This document shows positions 1-9,784 of a stretch of 64,000 nt of DNA, in pieces (positions within the stretch are counted from its first letter, which is position 1; the number at the start of each line of letters is the position of its first letter). Origin of the DNA: Candidatus Moraniibacteriota bacterium (GTDB taxonomy: Bacteria > Patescibacteriota > Minisyncoccia > Moranbacterales > UBA1568); contig CAVZUR010000002.1 of assembly GCA_963778555.1 (NCBI GenBank), positions 37,817 to 101,816 on the forward strand, in the 5' to 3' direction. Both the position numbers and the translations under genes were made by a program. Under the pieces are notes generated by a model. The model ran no database searches and had not been told where the DNA came from. It saw only the letters and a program-made list of their open reading frames with translations.

Positions 1-303
1 GCTGGGCTGGTAATTTTTTTTCTCGCTGCTCACCTCTCGTTCACAGATATGGAAGCCTTTGTCCTCGCGGTAGCGATGATGGCCGGCTATGTCGGCCACC
101 TCATTCTCGACGAGTTGTATGCGGCGGTGAATTTCCATGGCACGCCGTTCGTTCCGAACAAAGCGCTGGGGAGCGCGCTCAAGCTCGCCTCGGATGACAC
201 GCTGATCAATGTGGCGGTGTACGGGGCGATCCTCTTCATGCTCGCCGGCAATGTCGGGCGTTTTGCGAATCTAGCGGAGCAGTTCTGGCAGGTCATTCAG
301 TAG
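1..303 (+). CDS. Metal-dependent hydrolase-like membrane protein (YdjM-like), 5' truncated by window edge
   Basis: Frame open from base 1; hydrophobic helices and GYxxHLxLD motif. Confidence 0.55.
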   Translation, partial: AGLVIFFLAAHLSFTDMEAFVLAVAMMAGYVGHLILDELYAAVNFHGTPFVPNKALGSALKLASDDTLINVAVYGAILFMLAGNVGRFANLAEQFWQVIQ

Positions 304-362
304 CGCCCGTGCTAGGATGGGATATGCCGCTCGGCAGCCTTTCGTAATCAAGCGCTATCTCT

Positions 363-1025
363 ATGATCGAACTCAGGGGCGTTTCAAAAAGTTTTTCAGC
401 GGGTACGGAACAAATCAAAATCCTGAAATCGGTTGATCTGTCGCTCAAGAAAGGGGAGAAGGTCGCGATTATCGGTCCGTCGGGATCGGGCAAGACGACA
501 CTCCTCTCGCTGATCGCCGGACTCGATGCGCCGGATACAGGCACGGTCACGGTCGCCGGCACAGATCTCGCCACGCTCGATGAACGCTCGATGGCCCGTT
601 TCCGCAACGCGACGATCGGTATCGTCTTTCAATCGTTCGAGCTTGTAGCCCCCTTTACGGCGATTGAAAACGTCCGGGCGCCGCTCGATATCGCCGGTGC
701 CAGCGATGTCCGAGCAGCTGATGAATGGCTGCATTCGGTTGGTCTCGACGAGCGCCGCGAAGCGTTTCCCGGAACGCTCTCGGGAGGAGAGAAGCAGCGA
801 ACTGCTATCGCTCGCGCACTCGTCATGGGTCCGGCAGTCCTCTTGGCTGATGAGCCGACGGGGAGCCTCGACCGGGTGACTGGGGCAAAAGTGATTGACC
901 TCCTCATTGCGGAGTCGACCAAGACTGGTGCGACGCTCATTATCATCACGCATGACCAGAGTGTCGCGGAAAAGATGGATCGAGTATTTGAATTACGCGA
1001 CCAACAGCTCCATGTCCTCGTCTAG
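363..1025 (+). CDS. ybbA: ABC transporter ATP-binding protein (YbbA/LolD-like)
   Basis: Walker [17 protein letters not shown] signature, ADEPTG, adjacent to a YbbP-like permease. Confidence 0.85.
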   Translation: MIELRGVSKSFSAGTEQIKILKSVDLSLKKGEKVAIIGPSGSGKTTLLSLIAGLDAPDTGTVTVAGTDLATLDERSMARFRNATIGIVFQSFELVAPFTAIENVRAPLDIAGASDVRAADEWLHSVGLDERREAFPGTLSGGEKQRTAIARALVMGPAVLLADEPTGSLDRVTGAKVIDLLIAESTKTGATLIIITHDQSVAEKMDRVFELRDQQLHVLV

Positions 1026-3498
1026 GTATATCTTCACTTTCGGCGCACGACTGCTTCGCCGCGAGTGGCCGAAATACAGTCTCGCTTGCCTTTCGCTCCT
1101 GGTCACGAGCGTGACGTTCACGGTGGTTCTGGTCGGTGTCGATGGGGCTCGTGACTACCTGGAAAGTCGGTCACGAGAATTTGTCGGTGGCGATCTGACG
1201 CTCGAGTCTGGAACGCCGGTCAATGTCGCTCCGATTACCGCGGAGCTCGCGTCGTATGTGGTCGCTGAAGACCGTGAGATCGAACTGGCATTGGCGGTCC
1301 GAAGTTCCGCCGGCGTGTCTGGGGTCGCCGCTCGGGCGATCACCGCCGCTTTCCCACTCTACGGTCAAGTCGGAATCGAATCGGGACAGTACCAATTTCC
1401 AGCCGATGATGAGGTATATGCGGAACGGGTTGTTCTGGATCGGCTCCAGCTTTCGGTCGGTGAGGAACTTCGTATCGGGTTGGTGCCGTATCGAATCAAG
1501 GGTATCATCGCGCGCGAGCCGGATGCATTGGTTCAAGGTTTTCGCATCGCTCCACGACTGATCCTTTCCGAAGCTGGTTTGCGCCGCGCCAATATCACGC
1601 TTTCTGAAAGTCGGAGCGAATATGAATACCGCTATCGTTTTAGTATCCCAGTTCCTGAGGCGACGCTCGCATCGGTAGTCGAACGGGCAGAACAGTCTGG
1701 CATTGAGACACGGGTTGCCGGCGACGGTAAATCTGGCTTTCTTCGACGGCTCGCTAATGTCGAGCGTTTTTTCCTTATCACGGTGCTTATCGGGGCCGTG
1801 CTGTCATCAGTGAACGTCTATGCGAATGCACTTTCGCTCGTTACGCGGCTCCGCCGGAGCTTTGCTATCTTCCTAGTACTCGGCGCGACAAAGCGCTCGC
1901 TTGTTGCACTCGTGCTTGGCATCATCGGAGCGATCACGCTCATGGCCGCTCTGCTCGGTGCCGTTATCGGACTCGGACTCGTCGGTTGGCTCTATGCCTG
2001 GGTGAGACGCGAAACCGGCATCGAACTCACGTTCACAGTATCGTCGGCTGCGATCTCCCTCGTGGTTGTCGGGACGCTGACGACCAGTTTGGCAGCGGCT
2101 TTTCCGGCCATCCGCGACCTCCTTTCGCTCAAGCCCACACTCCTGCTTGCTGGCTCTGATGTCGACCGCACGAAGCAGTCCGGACTCTTGATCATCGGGA
2201 TGTCGTTCGCGTCATTCCTCCCGTTGTTTGCACTCGCGTCATTCCTCATCGGCCGTGTCGATCAGGCCGGTCTTGCAGTGGGCGGCACGCTGGCGGTCTT
2301 TGTCTGTCTCTCATATTTGGTCGGAGCCGGTATCCACGCTCTCTACCGAGGTCGTCGGCGCTACCCATTCTTCTTTCGAACGATCATCGCAGAAAAGTAT
2401 TCCGACGGCGTATTCGGCACCGTCGCAGCGACTTCACTAGCAATCGCGCTCACGAGCATCTTCGCTCTCTCGCTCCTAGAACGCAGCCTGGAACGCTTCT
2501 TCGATACCGGAATCGGTACAACGATCCCGAGCGCTTACGTGATCGACGTCCAGGCGGATCAATTGCCAATTATCGAACGTATCGTCCCGAACGCGGTGCT
2601 TTTTCCGAATATCCGCGCGCGCATTCAGCGCATCGATGAGCGTCAAATCCAGGAGCGCCTTCGCGATGAGGCATCAGGGGAGGATCGAGAGCTGGGAAGA
2701 GAATTTAACCTGACCTTTCGGACGGAGCTTCTCGCAAGCGAAACGGTCGCCGCTGGCCGGTGGCAGGGGGTCCAGACAGGCGAGGTTTCGGTTGAGCAGG
2801 ATTTCGCGGAGCGGGCCGGTATCCGTCTCGGTTCGACGATCGAGTTCTTCATCCAGGGAGTGACGATGACTGTGAGAGTGACAAGTTTTCGAACGACCGA
2901 TACCACGAGCGGTCTGCCGTTCTTTTATTTCGTCCTTCATCCCGATGATGTACGCCGGTATCCGGCGAGCTACTTTGGTTATGCGAACGTGGAAGGCGAG
3001 ACGCTCCGGAGGATGGAGCGCTCGCTCGCCGTGGAGGCCCCCAATGTGAGCGTCCTCGATACCACGGCGCTTGGAGCCACGGTGCGCGAAGTGACGGGGA
3101 TCGTGCTGACCCTTCTTTCGGTTATTACACTACCGCCGCTTCTACTTGCGACGCTCCTCATCATCACGCTCATCGCCTCAACATTCCTCGGTCGGCGACG
3201 TGATGCGCTCCGACTTCGTGTCCTCGGAGCGACGCGGGGACTGACGGTTCGCCTCTATCTCGCCGAGACGGTATTGACGGTGTTCGTGGTGAGTCTGGTT
3301 GCTGTTCTGCTCGCTCAGGGGGTGGTGTTTGCGCTGACGGAATGGGTGCTCGAGGGCGTTTCACCGGTCTGGTACGATATGAAGCTTGTCGAAATCACTC
3401 TCGGCCTCGGTCTGGCGCTGCTCCTCTATGCGTTCGTCCTTCTCCGCACGGGTGAACGAAACTTACGTGACGCCCTGTCCTATGAGGAAAACCACTAG
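1012..3498 (+). CDS. ybbP: FtsX-type ABC permease with two TM/periplasmic repeats (YbbP-like)
   Basis: ~828 aa; GGDL, FPLYG and IDVQ motifs typical of YbbP; ATG 1012 overlaps ybbA end. Confidence 0.8.
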   Translation: MSSSRYIFTFGARLLRREWPKYSLACLSLLVTSVTFTVVLVGVDGARDYLESRSREFVGGDLTLESGTPVNVAPITAELASYVVAEDREIELALAVRSSAGVSGVAARAITAAFPLYGQVGIESGQYQFPADDEVYAERVVLDRLQLSVGEELRIGLVPYRIKGIIAREPDALVQGFRIAPRLILSEAGLRRANITLSESRSEYEYRYRFSIPVPEATLASVVERAEQSGIETRVAGDGKSGFLRRLANVERFFLITVLIGAVLSSVNVYANALSLVTRLRRSFAIFLVLGATKRSLVALVLGIIGAITLMAALLGAVIGLGLVGWLYAWVRRETGIELTFTVSSAAISLVVVGTLTTSLAAAFPAIRDLLSLKPTLLLAGSDVDRTKQSGLLIIGMSFASFLPLFALASFLIGRVDQAGLAVGGTLAVFVCLSYLVGAGIHALYRGRRRYPFFFRTIIAEKYSDGVFGTVAATSLAIALTSIFALSLLERSLERFFDTGIGTTIPSAYVIDVQADQLPIIERIVPNAVLFPNIRARIQRIDERQIQERLRDEASGEDRELGREFNLTFRTELLASETVAAGRWQGVQTGEVSVEQDFAERAGIRLGSTIEFFIQGVTMTVRVTSFRTTDTTSGLPFFYFVLHPDDVRRYPASYFGYANVEGETLRRMERSLAVEAPNVSVLDTTALGATVREVTGIVLTLLSVITLPPLLLATLLIITLIASTFLGRRRDALRLRVLGATRGLTVRLYLAETVLTVFVVSLVAVLLAQGVVFALTEWVLEGVSPVWYDMKLVEITLGLGLALLLYAFVLLRTGERNLRDALSYEENH

Positions 3499-4177
3499 CG
3501 CCATCATTATTGGCGGCCTCGTGTTCCTGGTCGCACTTGGGATAGGGCTCGCTGTTCGGTTTCAGTTACCGGCGCAGGAAGCCTCTCCTCCGCCTGCAGC
3601 CGCACCGATGTCTCCGCGTTTCCGTATCGTCGCTTTTGGCGATAGCCTGACCGCGGGCTACAATCTACCGATCGAGGAGGCGTATCCAGCGGCGCTGGAA
3701 CGGGCGCTCGTCGACCGAGGCTGGTCGGTCGAAGTCATCAATTCAGGCGTATCTGGTGAAACATCGGCTGGCGGCGTGCGTCGGGCGGAGTTCATCCGCA
3801 GCCTGGAACCAGACCTCGTCTTGTTCGGTCTCGGTGGCAATGATGCGCTCCGTCTGCTGTCCCCGGCTGAGCTTGAAAGGAACCTTTCCGAAGCGCTGTC
3901 GATCCTCCGAGCTGGCGATAATTCGCCCCAGATTCTCCTCATTGGTATGCGAGCGCCAGCCAATGCTGACGCAGCCTATCGTTCGGCGTTCGACGCGGTG
4001 TATCCAAAGTTGGCGAAACAGCTCGGTCTCCCTCTGATCCCATTCTTTCTTGAAGGCGTGGCGCTCGATCCGCGCTACACCCTAATGGACGGCATCCATC
4101 CGAATCCAGCTGGCTATCAGATCATCGTCGAGCGGACGCTCTTGCCGCCCGTTCTTGAGATACTGAGCGAGTTGTGA
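3482..4177 (+). CDS. tesA: SGNH arylesterase/thioesterase with N-terminal membrane anchor
   Basis: FGDSLTAGY, NSGVSGET, GGNDAL, DGIHPN blocks. Confidence 0.85.
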   Translation: MRKTTSAIIIGGLVFLVALGIGLAVRFQLPAQEASPPPAAAPMSPRFRIVAFGDSLTAGYNLPIEEAYPAALERALVDRGWSVEVINSGVSGETSAGGVRRAEFIRSLEPDLVLFGLGGNDALRLLSPAELERNLSEALSILRAGDNSPQILLIGMRAPANADAAYRSAFDAVYPKLAKQLGLPLIPFFLEGVALDPRYTLMDGIHPNPAGYQIIVERTLLPPVLEILSEL

Positions 4178-4227
4178 GAAACTCGCTGGTGGAGGGTGAT
4201 ATCAGGCAGGGTGGCGGATAGGTAATC

Positions 4228-4536
4228 ATGCAGACCATGACGGTAAAGAAGCATTTTAAAATCAGTGGAAAAATTTTCCGCTACACCGTCGAGCCGGCGA
4301 GCTGGTACTTCGTCTATATCGATGATGTTACGACCGCGGCAATCCGGGCGGCCCGGACGAAGACCGTTGGTTTCCAGTATGTGCCGGTCGAGGCGAAGGT
4401 AGGGAAGACGACCTGGCGGACGACCCTGTTTCCGACAAAAGAAGGACCCTATCTCCTGGCACTGAAGGCCAAAGTCCGTCAGGCTGAAGGCCTTCGCGTC
4501 GGCGCGGTGATTCGCTTTACGCTGCAGCTCTTGTGA
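4228..4536 (+). CDS. DUF1905-family small protein
   Basis: WYFV...VPVEAKVGKTTWRTTLFP...YLLALKAKVR pattern. Confidence 0.7.
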   Translation: MQTMTVKKHFKISGKIFRYTVEPASWYFVYIDDVTTAAIRAARTKTVGFQYVPVEAKVGKTTWRTTLFPTKEGPYLLALKAKVRQAEGLRVGAVIRFTLQLL

Positions 4537-4550
4537 TACAGTGAGAGCAT

Positions 4551-4949
4551 ATGCTTGCATCCAAACCTTCCTTTCGGCAGCTGGCGTTCCTCATCGATTA
4601 CTGGTCGATGCCGCACTTTCTCCTCGGTACGCTCGTCGCGATGATGAGCAGTGTCTTCGGTCAACCCGCGGTGCCGTTTTTTTTCATCACGCTCGCCATC
4701 GCCATTTTGTGGGAACTCGTCGAGATGCGCTTCCGTATCCGCGAAGCCCGGATCAATGTGGCCTCGGACATCATCACCCCGCTCTTCGCCTTTATGCTGA
4801 CTAGATGGATTGTCGGCTCGCAAACCATGACCCAAGAGCAGCACGTCGCGCTCCTCAGCGTGACGATTATCTTCTACGCTTTGGTCAGTTATGCTGCGTG
4901 GAGGGCACGTTACGATGATGACCCGGATTTCCAAGACACGATTGCGTAG
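4551..4949 (+). CDS. Hypothetical 4-TM membrane protein
   Basis: DYWSMPHFLLG / LWELVE / NxxxD motifs; hydrophobic helices; own extended -10 upstream. Confidence 0.6.
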   Translation: MLASKPSFRQLAFLIDYWSMPHFLLGTLVAMMSSVFGQPAVPFFFITLAIAILWELVEMRFRIREARINVASDIITPLFAFMLTRWIVGSQTMTQEQHVALLSVTIIFYALVSYAAWRARYDDDPDFQDTIA

Positions 4950-5014
4950 CCTCCCGGAAATTCCAGGCTTAACTCTGTTTTCGGCTATTGGCCGGCCAGA
5001 TTTTTCGGGTCAAT

Positions 5015-5180
5015 AAAAAAAGCGCTCAAGCGCCGGGGTTTCAATATTCTTGCAGTTGAATGAAAAGCCCTCAATGCGGGCCAGACGACTGAATCCCAAA
5101 AATGATAGTGTCGGAAAAATCATTTCCCTGATACCAGGTGGGTTTCAATTTTTCGTGAGACCGTTCTGAAGGCTTTCCAT
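5015..5180 (-). ncRNA. Candidate stand-alone structured small RNA (~165 nt)
   Basis: Minus-strand promoter (TTGACT 5211-5206, TGcTATACT 5193-5185), 15-bp closing stem 5180-5166/5074-5060, GGCGC-TTGA-GCGC-T7 terminator 5034-5015. Confidence 0.45.
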
Positions 5181-5279
5181 CTCGAGTATAGCACTTTTCC
5201 AAGGAAGTCAACACGCTCGCGTTTGCGGAGAATGGTATACTGCAAAAAATAGATGACTCGCACGCTTTCATTGCCACTT

Positions 5280-6323
5280 ATGTCGCGACTACTTCAATAC
5301 GGCAGCGGGGCACTTCTAATCGGCACCGTGATTCTCTGGTCGTACTGGTCTTCCGGAGCTGACGGGACACTGCCGACGTACCGACCCGCCGATAGCGATG
5401 CACCGTCGACCGAGGGGCTTCCGACCGTGAATGCTCCAAACCCAGTCTCGCTCCCGGCGCTCATGGCTAAGGATTATGATGGACGTGATTTCCGGGTGGG
5501 GCGAGTGCTCGACGACAACGCCGCTTACACACGGACCTTTATCACGTACAAAAGCGGTGATCTGACCATTTCGGGAATCATGAATGTGCCAAAAGGGATA
5601 CCGCCCATCACCGGCTGGCCGATTCTCTTCCTCAATCATGGGCATATCGATACAGCTATCTATACCAATGGCCGCGGATTGAAGCGCGAACAGGATTATT
5701 TCGCTCGCCATGGCTACGCGGTGATTCATTCTGATTACCGGAATCATGCCGAATCCGACAAGGATCCGGAAAATGAGTTGCATTTTCGGCTCGGCTACAC
5801 CGAGGATATCGTCAATGCGATCTATGCAGTCCGAGCCGCCCGGCTGCCGTATCTCGATAGTGAGCGGATCGGCATGCTCGGCCACTCGATGGGCGGGGGC
5901 GTGACCCTGAATGTACTCGTCGTCGCGCCAACGCTCGTCGATGCGGCGGTCCTGTTCGCTCCCGTCTCGGCCAACTACGAGCGCAACTATGAACGCTGGA
6001 CGAAACGCGAGAGCGCAACCGGGAAGCAAATCATCGAACGCTATGGGACGCCAGAAGCCAACCCGGATTTCTGGAATGCCATCTCGGCGAAGAATTACTT
6101 CGACCGTATCACGGCCCCGATCCAGAACCATCACGGTACGTTGGATGAGTCCGTCGAGTTGAAATGGTCGGATGAGCTCGAGGGGTGGCTGAAGGATGCC
6201 GACAAGGACATAGAGTATCTAGTCTATCCGGGCGAGCCGCATGAGTTCATCGACGCTTGGCCACTTGTCATGCGCCGCACTCTCGCTTTCTTTGACCGGC
6301 ACGTGAAGGGGAAGCCGCGTTAG
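5280..6323 (+). CDS. Membrane-anchored alpha/beta hydrolase (S9-like)
   Basis: GHSMGG nucleophile elbow, HGxxDxxV, H in GEPHEF; N-terminal TM. Alternative start 5253. Confidence 0.8.
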   Translation: MSRLLQYGSGALLIGTVILWSYWSSGADGTLPTYRPADSDAPSTEGLPTVNAPNPVSLPALMAKDYDGRDFRVGRVLDDNAAYTRTFITYKSGDLTISGIMNVPKGIPPITGWPILFLNHGHIDTAIYTNGRGLKREQDYFARHGYAVIHSDYRNHAESDKDPENELHFRLGYTEDIVNAIYAVRAARLPYLDSERIGMLGHSMGGGVTLNVLVVAPTLVDAAVLFAPVSANYERNYERWTKRESATGKQIIERYGTPEANPDFWNAISAKNYFDRITAPIQNHHGTLDESVELKWSDELEGWLKDADKDIEYLVYPGEPHEFIDAWPLVMRRTLAFFDRHVKGKPR

Positions 6324-6370
6324 GTCGCTGCAGCGGACAATGCGCTATAATGAGGCAGCAAGACAAAAAA

Positions 6371-7601
6371 ATGAAAAGATTTTTTTCGTATCTCTTTTTC
6401 CTCCTCCTGACAGCCGGACTGTTCATCGGGGTCTATTGGCTCAATTGGTTCCATCCCGCCATTAATCCGGGCCAGGAAGTGACCTTCGTTGCTGAACAGC
6501 CGTCGAATGAATCTGGTATTATCATCCGCGATGCTCCCGATCCCGAGGGACGCACGCCGGACAAGAATCCGCCCATTCTGGTCGAAGCAATCGCCTCCGG
6601 TTTGGATACGCCGTGGGATTTGGTTTTCACGTCGCCTTCCCGTATTCTCATCACGGAACGGCCGGGACAGATTCGCGTCCTAGAAAACGGCACTTTGCGC
6701 GAAACGCCGCTCCATGTTTTTACAGAAGTCGTAGAGAAAGGCGAGGATGGGTTGATGTCGATCGCAGTTGGTCCTGCATATTCGGAAAATCATTTCCTCT
6801 ACGCCGCGATCGCGTATGGCGAAGCGGATCGGCTCTGGCTGAAAGTCATGCGTTTCATCGATACCGGAAATGCGCTCACTGAACCGTTTACTGTGATTGA
6901 TCGTATCCCAGCCGCTCAGTTCCATGCTGGCTGCCGGATCGCGTTCGGTCCCGACGGGAAGCTTTATGTCACGACGGGTGACGCGACGGACAAGACTCTC
7001 GCTCAGGATCCGGCATCGCTTGCCGGAAAAATTCTCCGCCTCAATAAAGATGGGACGATACCTGACTGACAATCCCTTTGTCGGAAGTGCAGTCTGGTCA
7101 CTCGGCCATCGCAATCCGCAGGGGCTGGCCTGGCAGCCGGAAGCTGGGATTCTGTTTGAAACGGAACATGGTCCTTCGCTTTTCGACGGACCAGCGGGTG
7201 GAGATGAAGTAAATAGAATCGAGAAGGGTGGGAACTATGGTTGGCCCCTGGTTTCGCATGAAAACTCGCGCGAAGGCTTCGTTTCGCCACTGGTCGTCTT
7301 TACGCCGGCCGAAGCGCCCGGCTCGCTCATGATCTATTCTGGTCGGGTCTTTCCGGAGTGGCGGGGCAATCTGTTCTTTGGCGCGCTTAAAGGCGAAGGA
7401 CTCATGCGGATTCGACTGGAGGGGACTGATGCGAAAAAGGTGGCCGCATACGGTAAACTGGGCGAGGTCAAACTCGGCCGCATCCGGGCGGTAGTGGAAG
7501 GGCCGGACGGCAATATCTATTTCACGACGTCCAACCGTGATGGGCGCGGCCAGCCCGCGCCACTTGATGACCGCATCTTCCGCATCCGAGGCAAGGATTA
7601 G
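6371..7601 (+). CDS. PQQ-dependent sugar dehydrogenase (GSDH family), frameshift near 7063
   Basis: TPW, ITERPG, FGPDGKLYVTTGD in frame 1; GHRNPQG, DEVN, NYGWP, GRIR in frame 2. Confidence 0.8.
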
Positions 7602-7627
7602 GCCCAAAACGGACCTTTTTCGGACAC

Positions 7628-7657
7628 TTGACTCTTAGTACCCCCGGGGGGTATAAT
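7628..7657 (+). promoter_or_regulatory. Sigma70 promoter with CsoR/RicR-like operator TACCC-N5-GGGTA (7639-7653)
   Basis: TTGACT 7628-7633, 18 nt, TATAAT 7652-7657; pseudo-palindrome TACCCCCGGGGGGTA. Confidence 0.65.
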
Positions 7658-7712
7658 GCAGGGGTGAATTTCATGCGGTTGAACCTAACCCATTACCACC
7701 AGGAGCAGTCTT

Positions 7713-8471
7713 ATGAGTACGTACCTTAAAGGCAAACACGCGCTTGTTCTCGGAGCGAGCGGCGGTATCGGACAGGCGGTGGCGCGCAAGTATGTCGATG
7801 CGGGTGTTTCAGCGCTCAGCATTACCTATAACAGCAAACAGGCTGAAGCGGAGGCGCTCGCCGAAGAATTACGCGCGAAAGGAGTGCGGGTCTTTGTTTC
7901 GGGCATTGATCGCATGAATCCGATGGCGGTGGAACAACTGCTTGAAGCTGCGGTGGCGGCGAACGGCCAGGAGATCGATATTGTCGCCGACAATATCGGC
8001 TACTCGCCTGATACGCCTTTCGCGGACCAGACGCCGGAACTTTGGGCCAAGGTGCTCGCTACCAATCTCATCGGCTGCTATGTATCGACACGCGCTATCG
8101 GCGACCGGATGGTAGCCAAAGGTATCAAGGGTCGTATCGTTGTTGTGACGTCGATCAATGGCCGCCGGACGTTCAGCTCGAATTCCGCGCCCTACGATTC
8201 TTCGAAAGCAGGCCAGGAAGCACTCGTTAAGAACGCGAGCTACTACTATGCGTCATCGGGCATCCACATTAATGCAGTGGCTCCCGGCTGGGTCGATACC
8301 CAGATGAACAAGACAGTCACTGACGAGGACTGGGCGATTGAGCTGCCGAAGATCAAGAGTGGACGGCAGGCAAAGCCAGAAGAGATTGCCAGCCTGATTA
8401 TTTCGCTTTCCGGCGATGCCTCTGACTACGTCTACGGTTCAATCGTCGATATCGAGGGAGCGTACTACTAA
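7713..8471 (+). CDS. Short-chain dehydrogenase/reductase
   Basis: GASGGIG Rossmann motif, YDSSK, NAVAPGWVDT; SD AGGAG 7701-7705. Confidence 0.85.
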   Translation: MSTYLKGKHALVLGASGGIGQAVARKYVDAGVSALSITYNSKQAEAEALAEELRAKGVRVFVSGIDRMNPMAVEQLLEAAVAANGQEIDIVADNIGYSPDTPFADQTPELWAKVLATNLIGCYVSTRAIGDRMVAKGIKGRIVVVTSINGRRTFSSNSAPYDSSKAGQEALVKNASYYYASSGIHINAVAPGWVDTQMNKTVTDEDWAIELPKIKSGRQAKPEEIASLIISLSGDASDYVYGSIVDIEGAYY

Positions 8472-8498
8472 AGAGGGCGAATCAGCAGTTCGCTGTTC

Positions 8499-8530
8499 CA
8501 GGGTCTTCGCACAAGGACCCTGTTTTTTTT
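8499..8530 (+). terminator. Intrinsic terminator
   Basis: CAGGGTCTT/AAGGACCCTG stem followed by T8. Confidence 0.8.
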
Positions 8531-8579
8531 GTCTCGAACGAGTAGAATGAGAGAGTGCTGCATTATCTTATTTCTGTCT

Positions 8580-9743
8580 ATGGCCGCAAAGAAACGATTG
8601 GTCACAAAAAAGAATTATGGCCAGCTCGCGCTCGCGTTGCACAAAAAGTTGCGTGGGAAAGTGAGTGTGGTACCGAAAATCCCCGTGACAAACAAAGAGG
8701 ATCTCGCTGTGGTGTATACGCCGGGCGTCGGCGCCGTATCGAGCTATCTCGCCACTCACCCGGAGGAGACGGACAAGTATACGATGAAGGGGAATATGGT
8801 CGCCGTCATCTCTGACGGTTCGGCCGTACTCGGTCTCGGCAATATCGGGCCTGCTGCAGCACTGCCGGTCATGGAGGGAAAAGCGATGCTCTTCCAGTCT
8901 CTCGCCGGTGTCGACGCGTTTCCGATCGTCTTGGCGACCCAAGACACCGAAGAGATCATCGAGACGGTGAAGCGGATCGCCCCCGGCTTCGGTGGCGTCA
9001 ATCTGGAGGACATCGCTGCGCCGCGCTGCTTCGAAATCGAACGGCGGCTCCAAGAGGAACTCGATATTCCCGTGATGCATGATGATCAGCATGGGACGGC
9101 GATGGTGGTTCTTACCGGCTTCATCAATGCCTTGAAAGTCGTGAGGAAGAAAAAAGAATCGGTCTGGGTCGTCATCTCGGGCGCCGGTGCGGCTGGACAG
9201 GCGATTGCAGAACTTCTGATTATATATGGAGTGCAGAATATCGTCATCGTCGATAGTCACGGCATTCTCGGTCCGAATCGCGGTGATCTCGATCAGCACA
9301 AACAGGCACTGCGTTCCGAAACCAATCCGGATGGCATCGATGGCGATCTCTCGGTAGCGGTCACTGGGGCCGATGTTTTCATCGGTGTTTCGAAGGCGGG
9401 TGTCTTGACGGAAGACCATGTGCGCACGATGGCGCCTGATCCGATTGTCTTCGCGCTCGCCAATCCGGTGCCCGAAATCATGCCGGAGGCGGCCCTTCGA
9501 GCCGGCGCTCGGATAGTCGCGACGGGGCGGTCGGACTTTCCGAATCAGATCAATAATTCACTCGGTTTCCCGGGTATATTCCGCGGGGCGCTCGATCACC
9601 GTGTGCGGCGGATCACAGATGCGATGCTCGTGAAAGCCGCCAAGAATCTCGCCGCGCTCATCGCTAAACCGACCGCTGCAAACATCATTCCGAATACGTT
9701 CGACCGGCGCGTCGTACCGGCCGTCGCCAAAGCGATCCGGTAA
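8580..9743 (+). CDS. NAD(P)-dependent malic enzyme
   Basis: YTPGV, DGSAVLGLG, NLEDI, HDDQHGT, GAGAAG, FALANP, ATGRSD. Confidence 0.9.
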   Translation: MAAKKRLVTKKNYGQLALALHKKLRGKVSVVPKIPVTNKEDLAVVYTPGVGAVSSYLATHPEETDKYTMKGNMVAVISDGSAVLGLGNIGPAAALPVMEGKAMLFQSLAGVDAFPIVLATQDTEEIIETVKRIAPGFGGVNLEDIAAPRCFEIERRLQEELDIPVMHDDQHGTAMVVLTGFINALKVVRKKKESVWVVISGAGAAGQAIAELLIIYGVQNIVIVDSHGILGPNRGDLDQHKQALRSETNPDGIDGDLSVAVTGADVFIGVSKAGVLTEDHVRTMAPDPIVFALANPVPEIMPEAALRAGARIVATGRSDFPNQINNSLGFPGIFRGALDHRVRRITDAMLVKAAKNLAALIAKPTAANIIPNTFDRRVVPAVAKAIR

Positions 9744-9784
9744 TCTCAGGCGGGATGTTATACTAATGGTAGAGTCAGCCTTCT

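Noticed and set aside
5010-5123. 37-codon minus-strand ORF MIFPTLSFLG... inside the sRNA candidate
   Set aside because: Poorly spaced SD and it reads through the terminator; the RNA structure explains the region better, though a peptide is not excluded.
7060-7070. TGA recoding or programmed frameshift in the PQQ dehydrogenase and uvrA
   Set aside because: Continuation is in a different frame with no slippery heptamer, and TGA serves as a normal stop in many genes here, so code 25 or read-through is not supported.
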